A stretch of 64,000 bases of DNA, taken from assembly GCA_977016875.1 (NCBI GenBank), contig CDRNST010000015.1, positions 2,604,001-2,668,000 on the forward strand. The letters run 5' to 3'. The notes below the pieces were generated by a model. That model ran no database searches. It was given only the letters and a program-made list of their open reading frames with translations, and had not been told where the DNA came from. Both the position numbers and the translations under genes were made by a program. This document shows, in pieces, positions 13,267-25,700 of the stretch (position 1 is its first letter; the number at the start of each line of letters is the position of its first letter). This DNA comes from Pavona decussata (taxonomy: Eukaryota).

Positions 13267-14186
13267 TTAGGTTATAGTGTCTGGCAAACCATCAGTAAGG
13301 TACGTTTTAGTGGAACCAGTCAAAGAGGAAATTCTTTTTTGTGCAAGGAACGACTTGTTGAAGCTAGCCTCCATTCTCACGGTGATATCCTTGAATACTT
13401 CGACCGACTCCCCGTGTTCTTCCAGAACGCGTCGCACCAATGCTTTCAGTAGATCGAAGCAGTGAATAAGTTGCCCTGCTCTCACAGGAATATCCATGTC
13501 TCTCAACGCATCTGAGTTTGGTTGCGCAATTTTGAAAGGCTTTTCCAAAGAAGACACAAACTCCGATAACTGGGCTAACGGGAGGTATGTCTTTCCGTCG
13601 TGAACAAACGTTCCCCACGTAATGTAGTAGCTGTCGAAGTTCTCCTTGGTGATGCAGAAATCCTCGATTTCGTGAGCGCGGTTCACGTTCTCAAGAATGA
13701 TAGCAATGTACATGTTAACAATTACAAGGAAGACGACTATGATATAGCTGGCCAAGTAAAGAACAGCACTGAACGAGCCACAGTTACCATTGGGAAGACT
13801 CAGGTAGGTGGGATCGCAATCTGGAGGCTGCAGCATCAACGCATCCATGATGTCATTCCATCCAGAGCCAGTAGCTAGGCGAAACAGCAGCAGAAGTGCA
13901 GTACCAAACGTTTCGAAGTTTACAGTGTCATTTAAATCGCCTTCTCGTTTTACATTTCCGAAAGCTGACATGCCAATGATCGCATAGATAAATATGACCA
14001 TGAATAGCAGGGTGCCAATGTTGAAGAGGGCTGGTAACGAGATCATGAGAGCCCACAAGAGCTGACGTATTCCCTTGGCAAACTCCACCAGCCTTAGCAG
14101 CCTGGCAATTCTGAAGATTCGTAGGACGCGAAGAAGACTGGGACTAACTGCACCTTCGTTTGCATTGAATTCGTCGAGCATCACAT
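13267..14186 (-). CDS. Nav2: Nav2 exon 23: DIV S4-S6, pore loop, C-terminus
   Basis: tcaatag|AT GTG ATG; [16 protein letters not shown]; [11 protein letters not shown]; [11 protein letters not shown]; stop TAA 13267. Confidence 0.95.
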
Positions 14187-17100
14187 CTATTGAAGCAAAT
14201 CAGAGAGTTAAATTCCTAGTATGGTGGAATTTGAAAGTTTAAATCTTTCACTTCCAAAAGGGGAAAGCAAGAAAAACAATAACATACTTCGTTTTGCATA
14301 TTATCAGGATAAAAAAGGCCGAAACGAATTAAGTTCGGCTTCTGTACAACAACTTTCATCTGAATGGCCACAGAACCACCTAGCTCAGCATGACAAACAG
14401 TACAACAGGATACTATTTCTGAATAGCTTTCATTTGGATCGCCCAACGACTCCAATTTTAGAACGATTTCCACAATAAGCCGTACCATAAGGAACGAGTG
14501 ACTTCCTCTAGATTGTCACTCTTCAGGATTTTATCCACAGGCTCAAAAATCGGAGCCACCTTGTACAGCAATAAACAGACAGAAAATGTTTGTTGAATGC
14601 ATTCATTTGAATGGTAAAACTTTAGCGATACGGTTTCATCCAAGGACTGAAGACTTCAAATACTAAAGAAAATGTCAGTGAAATGGTTCATTGTCGAACA
14701 GGATATCTCTGAAAAGTTAAGTTTTTTTTTTTTTTTTCTACACATTTCTATTCTTACACCAAGTGAACTTTCTGGGTGTTTTTTTGCAAGAAACCAAAAT
14801 AAATGGAAATACCCATTGGAATGAATGTCACAACCTAGTGACGGTTGCCAAAGCCCTTAACCTAAGTTGTTTTAACTAACTGAGAGGTTTTTCGATTGGG
14901 TGTCGCGTAATCAAGATGGCCAAGATGGCGAGATGGTCAACCTTTGCCAAGTTACAATGTAGATGTGCGTGTACAACAGACGTAAACGGCACAACGAAGC
15001 AAGATTCGAAGCAAATGAAAGTAAATGGCGTCACGTCGAGAAAATGCGTGCGAGCAACACACGTTCTTTCAGTTCTAATGTGTAGCCAAAGTGGAGCAAA
15101 TTAATAAACCAGTCAGAGAGAGTAGAAGAGTAACACTCGTTACTAAAAACCGCTCTTTTAACAAGTTTACATACCCACAAGAGAGCTGATAACGATGATG
15201 AAGTCGAACACATTCCATGCTTTCTTGAAATAATGCATCCTCAACGTCATAATCTTGACAATGGCCTCCAACAGAAATATTCCAGTGAAAACGAAATTGC
15301 AAATGCGTGAACATTGGTCAAGGAAGGTTGTAGTTTTTTTTCAATGGATTACATGATTGGTAAAATCTGTATGTATACTGTTTTCATGACAATTGACCTA
15401 TTTTCATGATAAACGGCACAAGGGGTCCTATCAACTTCTCACGCATTTGAACAGGTAAGCATAACATAGTGAAAGGATATGAAGGGCGTCAGTGACTTGT
15501 TCTGATTGTCCGTGATGTTGTATCGTCATCAATACCATGTTGCACATGATTACTGTCAGAATAGCGATCTCAAACTTATCTCCTGTTACCACGTCATATA
15601 ACACGCCACAAAGTCGTTCCTGGAAATCAAACGTTACAGGAAGATCAACTACAATACTCAAGACAGTAATACTACATATGCTAAAAGAACAACAAATGGT
15701 GACTCCACGTTCCAAATTTAGTTGCATTTTCTTGTCCACTTGATTTATGGCAGCTGGACTTATGCTAATGTCAACTGGCTGCCTGGCTCTGCTAGCCCCT
15801 ATGGTTATTCCAGGCAGCCAGTACTCTTCACGAAAATTGTGATAAACAATTCATAAGAAATCTGCCCATTCTGAGCCAGTCACAAGTTTTTCTGTAACTG
15901 TTCATGTGTTGAGTTTCCATGGCAACTATAGAAAACGTGCACGATCAGGTTGGGCTCACATGCACGTTCTCTTAACGCCCGTTTAAACGGTTTCAACGTT
16001 TGACCAACATTCGTTCAACAAAAGTTGAACGGATGTTGGGCAAATGTTGGACAAATGTTGAACGGAGTGTTCAAACGGCTTCAACACCATTCAACATTTT
16101 CGAGAACAAAGCAAATGTTGTATGGATGTTGAATTAAAATTGAAACCGATTGAAATTTGATTCAACACGCTTTCAACAAGCTTTCAACATTTTTTAAGCT
16201 TTCAGCAATGTTGGACGACCTGTTCAAACGCCCCCAACACTTGGTTCAACAAAGTGTTGAACGCGTGTTGAAGAAAATGTTGAAACCCTTGAAATGGGCC
16301 TTTACATACTCATATAAGAAAAAGATTCGCATACAACAAAGTCGGTAATGACATTCCATATCAACGAAAGAATTAATCTCCTTGGTTGTTTTCAGAACCA
16401 TTCTACGTGTTTGTTCATTTTGCAATACTTTGTCAAATTTTTGGTACTCCTGAAGTTTTCCTTTTTTTTTTTATTTAAACATATTTTATTGTCGAAGCTT
16501 GCCCTAAGAGGAAAAAAAAAACTCATCGAGAGGGCTCACTTCGAAATAACATTAAATTGAAAAATCAACATTAAATAATAATTAGTAAAAGCGGCGGCAA
16601 AATTAACAAAAAGCAGCATTAAGCAATGCTAACAGGTGGAAAATACACATCTAGGTACTTTTATAAAATCTCTTCGATTCAGATATAAAAGACTGGACAT
16701 GAAAAAATAGATAATTATTTTGTTTAGGAGAAAGTAACTGTTATCCAAGGCGACAGTTTTGTTACCTGTGTTAGTTTGAGTAACGTAATCTCTTTGTGTC
16801 CCTGAAGAAATAGTGAATTTCAAAATGTTTTTGCTTAGTTCATGTACGGCTTTCTCACAGGCCCTCACAGTCAATTTGTTTCGATGACGTTTCCGAGACG
16901 TACGGCTGGGAAAAGCCTCGCTTTTCCCTCTTACTCGTGACCCAAAACGGATTGATCAAGTTGAAAGACAGAGAAATGCCCAGGAACTAGACAACAAATG
17001 TTTATGATAATAGGGATTGGAGTCTTTGAATTACTTTATACCTGTGGACGAATCTGTCTGGTGGGTGGTTTTTTTCGAGCCGCTTCTTTGAGAAAGTTGA

Positions 17101-19725
17101 CCCACTTTCTCTGTGTGTCAGTCAATAGCATTCCCATGCTGTTAAGCTCTTCGTACTACAACAGAAAAGCCATGAGAGAAAAGTTAGCAGTGAGACCTGG
17201 CATTACTGTGGGATCCTGCATGCGCGGTATCTTTCAGGAAAATATGGGAGAAAAAAGACCAGGGCAAGTCTAAAATCCTTCTGACGTTTTCTTAGTCCCT
17301 CTTGACCAACTAAAAAGATATTGCGTTCCATTTCTGTACTAAATATTTCAGGACTACTGTAGACAATACATTCCAAGCATAAACAAGCATTGTTACTCGT
17401 CATCTCTTATTTTATTTTCGCCTAATGGTTCGAAAAAAATAAACACGGACGCGTAAAATTACCCACTGTACAACACAGCGTTCCGCCAAATAACCTTTTC
17501 TTATTGCTGAACCATGTGTACTCTGATGTCCTTACTGCATGTTATTAAGATTCGGTTGAGAATATTCTGAAGAAAGCATCAGAAATATTACAGCTCACCT
17601 TCTTCTTTAAAGTGTTGAAGTTATCAATAATGACTCCAACAAACAGATTCAGGACAAAAAATGATCCCACGACGATGAAGGCAATGAAGAACAAGTACGC
17701 CACCAACTTGTTCTCATACTTTGGTTGCAAATCCACCTAAGAGAAATAATGCAAAATCACACGTACTTTTGTGAGGGGGGTGTTTCTTTTGCGCCTCAAA
17801 TTGAAGAACTTATACAAAAAGACGTATATTGGCTGGGCTCATCGAATACTAACTGGAAATACGTGACTCGCAAAACCTCGCAAAGCTAGGGCTGGGTGGA
17901 CAATTTACTTCTACCTTGGTTGTACTGCCTGTGATATTCCTAATAAACGTTTTACACCAATGTAATAATTTTCGATAATTTTCCTGATAATCCAGCCCTA
18001 TCTGTAAACGGTATTGCAGTCCTTTTCTTTATTCGGGCATCAGATTTTATTGGAGAGAATGCGCTGCTCCAGACAGTTGAAAATATGCAGCAAGTATTCT
18101 CACAAGGGGTGTGCTAATATTTACCTCAGTAGAATCAACAGAATCCTGCATAACTTCCATCCATCCTTCAAAGGTCGCCTTAAAAAAATTATTCATTGTA
18201 ATGTAAAATTCGTCCTTAGGGAAAACGTCCTGTTACAGGTATTACTACAATGGATTCTACACCTGTACTGGTGAAACCTGCTTCACACTGCAAAACGAAC
18301 TGCAATCGTCGTCAAAACTCTGTTAAATGTATATTTCAATTACGTTTACAATGAAAGTATCAGTCGTTTTGCCTCATAAAAGATCTATCCGTTCCCGAAG
18401 AAAAACGTTCTTTGGCCAGGAAAATCTGCTTGATTGAGGAAACCAACATTGTGTTGAGGGGGACGGGTTTGATCTATGCAATCTAAGAAAGGTGCTACTG
18501 TCCCACGACGTTTCTTAACGATTATTGAGCTTAGCGCCATGTTTGAGTGCGTATTTACAATTTTTATTTGGTGACCCAGTTTTGTGGTCATTTGCATGTA
18601 CATACGATAAAAACGTGTCCATTCCAAAACGTACTTACTTTACTTACTTTCTGGTTATTTTGTAACTTGAAATTTTAATTGTTGATTTTAAAAAGCCAAG
18701 AATCGTCAGAAAAATTCCTCATAAGTTTCAAATGTACCCTAGTAATTTCTTTCTCTTGTTTTTTTCCTCCGACGTCTGAGGTTATAACTATGAGTAAAAG
18801 TCCAGTTTAGCGGAAGACAATGGTCTCCTCGAAAATAATTATTTTCCTGACCAAATTTTAAAGGTGTTTACTATTGTATTGCTATTGTAAAGAGCAAATT
18901 TGTCTAACTGGCAAATCAACTCACCACTTGCATGAGTGCAAGAAACCCAGCAAACACGTTATCAAATGTAACTTTGGAGTTTACCCAGCGATACTTGTCA
19001 GGGTGCCCAAGGCATTCTGCTTTGTTCGAAACAACATTTGCGGGTAACGGTTCATTGTTTTCATCCACGCACTTGTAAAACTTTCCAGCAAAGAGATGGA
19101 CCCCAAGAATGCTGAATATCAGCCAGAAGAGAAGAGAAACTAACAGCACATTTCCAATGCCTGGAATAGCAGCAAACAGTGCGTTCACAACTACCTATTG
19201 CGGGGAAAGACATACTGGTGGTTAATTATTTGTCAATGTTGACTATCAAAACTTTCTCTTAGGTCATTTCCAAATTGCCTTTAGCAGCTTTTCCAAAGAC
19301 TGGTGACGGATCATTTCCAGATGAATAGTTTTGGGCATTTGGTCTCCCTTCAGTGAGACGACTGAAGACCTTTAGAATGGCCCATTTTGCTTGTTTTAAT
19401 TATAAATGTTATCCTAAATTTATGTATAGGTAAAATAAATCACAAAATATACCGTCGACGTCAGCGACTAATTACAACGTCTTTTACAAATTAAGAGCAA
19501 GTCCAATAGTAAATTAGCTTGAAAGTTCACATGTAGCATGCCACTCTTTTCCAGCCAGTTAATGTTTTATGGTAACATAATGCATCGCTTTTTAATTCAA
19601 AACGTCTCAGTTTAACTGTTTTTCACCGCACTAATAGTCTTTAAATGTGTAAGTTGAGTTGCGAAAGTACAAAGATGATAATAATTCGACAAAAGTAGGC
19701 TACTCTTGAAGGGAAAATGGGGAAG

Positions 19726-19756
<31 letters not shown>

Positions 19757-22700
19757 AGGCGAAACGTAATCTATGCAGACAATTTACCCTAACATCTCGG
19801 TTGTTATTGAGGAAAATTCAAAAAATAAATCGAATATTTACCCTCATTCCTTCCAGTCGCGAGATGGCCCGCAGTGGTCTGAGCGCCCGCAATGTACGTA
19901 GGGAACGAAACACTGATAAGTTCTTGTTCTCAAAAACGCAGGCAAGTGAAATCTGCAAAAAATAAATATTGCAATGAATGCTAAGGTAAACTGGATTTTT
20001 CAGTGTGTTTTGATTTGCTACGACGGAGGGAAAAACTTCATGTTGTTAAATTCGGTGAGCTAGCTGTATGACTGGACTTTAAAAGTGAAACAAAACTGGC
20101 CAAATTTGTGGATGTAAAACAGATAAAAAAAATAAAATAGAAGGGAATTTCAGTGGCTTTCACAGAGTGGCTCCTTCATCCACTCTTTCCGTGTCGAATT
20201 GGAATTTGAGAAAGCTGGCTTTTCATGTCTGTAGCATGCCAAGCCAATGTTTAAGTTTTCAAAACGTAGGCCCTCTTTCCCTCTCGTAATTTCCATATCA
20301 AATCATATTCTTCTGCCTAGTTTAATTTCCTTATAAACAGAGTGAATGCTACATGTTAATCCCAATCCAATCAATCACGGGAAAGCAGAAATCAAAATCT
20401 TTTCGACTATTCTTACTTCAACACTTGGAGTGATCGAGACTCGTTGAGAAGTTCACCTGTGGTAACTAAGCTCGCTAGTGCACTTGTTGTTTAAGATAAG
20501 TCAAACTAAATGGTAAATGTCGGGTTTCCGTACAGTTGCTCTTGCGGCAGGTTTTTCGTTGATAAGAGATTGATTAACAATGTGACTGAAAAGCCCAGGT
20601 TGGGAGTTACAATAAGTGTAAGTATGCATATATCAAAACTTCTGTATTTCAACTTACTGAAACAATAAAAGCGTCCAGACAGTTCCAGGCAGAAGAGAAG
20701 TACTTTATGAGTCCAAAACCAATCGTCTTCAATATGAATTCGGCGGTGAAAATGGCAGCAAAAACGTAGTTGAGTATTTCTAATGCTTTAGCAAGCTTAG
20801 GCTTCTCATGTAGATGAACGTCTTCAAAAATCTGCAAGATAGGGAATGAAGACAAGAAAGCTGTATTCAGTAAATTGGCAAACAAAATAAATCAATTATT
20901 TATCCTCAATTCTATTTGCTTTCTTTTGTCTCATTCCCTTAACCCTAATGTCAAAGAACAAATTCTCCTATCTTGTTCCTATACTATACTTATAGAAGTT
21001 CAGGGCGAAATTCACCTTGTGTGATCGTATTCTTAATTCTCATGACGTCAGGTGTTGAATAAGCATTGATCTTACAAGGAGAAATTTGATGCTGATCACT
21101 GTTAGGGCTTAAAGGGTTCAAGCCTCGGAGCCAATTTTAGTGTGTGGCAAATGGCCTATCGAATCATTGAAGTCTACTTACAAATTTTAAAAAGCGCTCA
21201 AGGTTAAAGGAAAGCTCTACTCTTGAAATAAATTAACGTTAAATTGTTGAAAATACAATCTTATTTCAATATTTCGTCGGAAAACATGAAAAAGTATTTC
21301 CGTATCATACGGTTGCCCAATTTTGTCATACTGAAGAACTTCTGGCTTCTGACAATAGCGGCAAGGTATGACATCATAAAATTCAAAATGGCGGCTCGGG
21401 ACATTTAAAAGCGAAAATAGGCGACAATCATATCTAATTTTTAGTACACTTGAATGCTTTTCCACTTTTCAAAATAAAATTAAGAATTTAGACAGAATAT
21501 TTCCAACGTCAATTTGTTGTAAGAGTGGAGGTTGCCTTAAATATTTAAAAACCTTATATCTCCCATGGAGAAAGACCGCTGATTGTATATACTCTATACG
21601 AACTGCAAAAACAATTAAACAAACAAAAAAATTCAACAATCAACATACCAACGTGAAACTGCTGAAAAACACCGTGGCAAGAATAAACCATTCAAAGTAT
21701 TTCTTTTCCACGAGAACTCGCACCCTACAGCGGAACTTGAGCCAGCAGAAATGGCGCGGTGAGAATGGTTTCCACAGCGGACAGTCCACACAGTACTCTG
21801 GAAGGCAATCATCTATTTCCATCATGTACTGGGTAGGGAGCGGGGTTGAAATTCCCGTGCCATTTTCAGGAATGATTCGATCATCGCGTTCTATTTTGCA
21901 ACCTTTGGTTAGCGTTCCGCTGGGTGAAAAGTTGGCGTCGTCCACAGGATTTTGTAGCTCATTGTTTGGCGTGTTTGAGTCCTCTATCTCCAATATGCTA
22001 TCTAAAAGTGACAATAATCACATTTGATTGGAGGTGAAGGCCGCGTCGATCCCAATAGTTCACAACGTAAAAAAAAATAAATACATATTTATGCAGGATG
22101 ACCATTTCAGTTATAAAAACTGCTATCAACACGAGTCCTGCGTTCAAAAAAACTAGATCTAAAAAAGCTATACAAGAAATCGAGAAATCAACCATATGAA
22201 AAGAGATAAAAGGACTAAAATTAGAATTCACATACAATTATTAAAAATATCTGCCCCTTTATAAAAAAAAGGCTCTTTTAGTCGATTTCAATTTAACCCT
22301 ATCAATAACTAGTTTGTTAATCCTGAAAAAAGTTATTATCACTTCCAATACTAAAAAAAAATATTCAAAATTGTGTAAAACTTATCTTAGCTTTAGACCG
22401 CTTTTGCCAGAATCATCCCAGTTGAGTTATGTGGCAAATTACTTACTACACGCGCAACTAGCCAAGGGATTCTTTTTGGAGGGGTTCAAGAGGTAGGTAA
22501 TACTCATATCTCTGAATGTATGGAGACTTGGTTTTCTATGATGTTATACAATGGCCGTTCAACTAAGCAATATAGGAGAAACGAACCATTTTCCATGACA
22601 AATAAATAAACCTTAAAGCTTTTGGCACTATCTTAGTGCTCAGTCCTCAAATATGAACGTAAGATCTTTGCCATTGGATAGACTGTTGAACTTATTGCTT

Positions 22701-25700
22701 GACAATATCCTACAATCCCGAGATGACAGTTTATTCACGCATATCCAAGTTGTAGGAGAAAGCCGGGCACAGAATGTCATTAAGAGACTCAAGTTTTTTG
22801 TGCTAAAAAGTTGTCACAATAGCGAGGCAGCACTTTGTGTTCACAACTCGATCCTGAGGAGAGAGCGGGGCTTAAGAAACAAACTCGGTTTAATTTTTCT
22901 TCCCTAAGCAAAGCATCAATATGACATTCAAGTTATTCTTGGTCTGCTAACCTTTACAGGGTATGTCATAAGATTCCTTCCTATGATTCGTGCCCTCTGC
23001 TTCGCATATGGCCAGTGAGCCCCTGGCGTTTAGATCTGAGCAATGGCTACTCTCCAATACCTGTAGTTCATACAGACGAAAAGGCTCGCGGTATTTGGCC
23101 ACAAACAGGCGGGACTTGCGGGTACGGAATAGCTTCTTCGTGGAACATCTGGATGGACCTTCTACAGACCGCACCTCATCGGATGGATTGTTATCGGTCT
23201 CTCTGAAGTCAAACGCATTTACCAGAAGTGCCACAAACAAGTTGAGAACCTGCAAAATGTGATGAACAAAACGAGCAGAGAGTCAGTTCGATGGTCACAA
23301 AAAAAGGAAATCGTTACTGTAACCAATCAACCAGCGCAATGGCCATGCCAGGCAAGCCATTAATTAACTAATGAACATAAGTAAACAAATAGGCGGATCG
23401 ATTGATCAACCGATCGGTCAGTCAGTGAATATATCTATCCAAAAGAAGGTTAGTTTCTTAAGAAACCGTGCCGCTGCCTTTAGAGAGATTAGAGCGCTGA
23501 AAATCAAATAGCCTAAAGTTCCTTACTCAGTTTACACACCAGCGATTGCTGGCGACTTTTAAGAATCACAGAATCGCATTTCCTGACAATCGAAAGGGTT
23601 GGGAAAAAATTGCCTTCGCAGAAGGGGGTGGCACACCTGACGATTCCCACCAATCACAGCAACGAGCGAACAAAATCACCTGGTATCTCGCTGGCTTGTT
23701 AGTTTACATTTCATGGCGTTTGTCAAAACCAAGAGGCTATTGTAATTTTTAGAAAAACTACCGTGATAAAATAGTTTTAAATCTGTCTAACAGATCATGC
23801 AATTAAACAAGCAAACAAAATATTTTTTTATAATCAATCTATTGACTCATCTTTCGGTAAAGCGGTCTCTGGTTCTATGTTTCATGGAAGCAAACAGGAA
23901 ATATATTTACAATCAATCAATTAATCAATCAATCAGCCAGTTTATCAATCAAAGAAGCAACCACTCAAGCAAGCAATCGTTAACCAATCAACCAATTAGT
24001 AAATACTCTCTTGTTAAAGCGGTTACCGGTTATAAAACATTCAGTAATCAATCTGTAGTCACCAACACTACTCACAATGAAATTTCCAACAACTAGAACG
24101 GTCAGGAAGAACAGTATGGCCTTGGCAGCACTTGTGGCCCTCATGCAATCCCAGAGGGGCTCGATCCACTCCCCACACAATACTCTGAACACCATCATGA
24201 TAGCGTGCCAGAAGTCATTGAAGTTCCAGCGCGGCACACCATCTTCTCCAAACTTCTCCTCCGTGTAAGCCTTTCCAAATACCTTTATTCCCAGTACAGC
24301 GAAAATGTACATAACGACACTGAGTATGAGAGTGATATTGCCAACAGGCCCAACGCTTCTAGCTATGGCCTTCATCAGTCTCTCCATGGTCTTCCAGGAT
24401 TTAGCCAAACATAAAACTCGTATCTATCAAGAACAAAATGTAACCGTTTTGTTGTGCAAATGAGAGCTCGTCTTTCGTATGAAGTCAAAGGTGAAATAAG
24501 TATGGTTAATCAAACGGTGACGTGAGAAAATTGGAAATTTCAATCACTTTTTTCAAATTTCGAATAATTTAATTTCTCGAGCCTTTTTTAATGCTGAAAT
24601 TTCGGGCTAAACTAAAAAAGTAATTTGTCATCCATTATATCAGTCGTTCAGTCGTTCCTCCATCGTTACGTGGAGTCTTACTCCACGCGCTACCCCAGAT
24701 TGTTTTGTTAAACTACGTTTTCGTTAATCGACTGCAAGACATGTTCCAGTTTTTTCTGCTTCTCAGCTGTAAAGTGGTGAGTAAAAAGCTAGTAATCTTT
24801 TGTCTTTTATTTTTTTCCATTGGTGAGTAAGCTACCGTTTCAGAAGTGCTAACATTCAACTGAAAATGTCTCGTTTGTTTTCGTGGAAGTTTTCGAGGAA
24901 CTTTATTGAGTTATGCGATTTTCTTTCCTCACCAAAAGTTAATACCTTCAATTTTGAATTCAATCACGTAAATGTAAATATAAATTTAATGAAATTCATA
25001 ACCTTTATTTGGCAGGAAAAAATTAAAATATTGCGAGACCCTCCAGTAAGACTAAGAGGAATTAATGGTTTTATAATTATGCGTATTCTATAAATCTTCA
25101 AGGGCACACTTTAATTGGAGTCTCACTCTGTTGTGTGTCCCTCGCCACTGTATTATCTTTTCTTGGTTGGTGAAAGCTTTAATAAATAATGTCCAAGACA
25201 AACGTACGTCAGTGCATATTTTAAAAGCCAAATAAAAGTTTTTTTCGCGTATATTTTCTTACTAGCTTACCAGTCTTAACGTTCTAAAAACGCTTAGTCC
25301 CTCGGCAGATTTATAAAAGTATCCCAACAAGCTCCCTGACACTACGGTCGTATCAAACACGTTCCAACGGCTGTGGATAAACGCCATCGGTCCCATGGCA
25401 ACGAAGCGAAACACAATCTCTGCTGCAAACAGCATCGTGAACACCTGTATTAAGCAAATTCAAACACAAAGAACTTAAAGTTCGATTCCCATACACAGTC
25501 GCTGTCTTTGTCACAAGTGAGGGTTCCAAATTTTGCTTCCTATTTCCAAAGGTAACTGAACATTTCTTCTCAAGCAAATTAATAATTCAAGAGAAGACCC
25601 AAAAGGAAATCGCTTCCGTGAAGTAAATTTGGAAATTTCATCTTAATTATCATAAAATGTGGTGAACGTTTGCTTTCTTAACAATTACTAATGGTTTTAA

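Noticed and set aside
22620-22853. Exon-like segment in Nav2 intron 13 (ctcctcag acceptor)
   Set aside because: Stops in all three minus-strand frames; exons 13 and 14 already join in phase.
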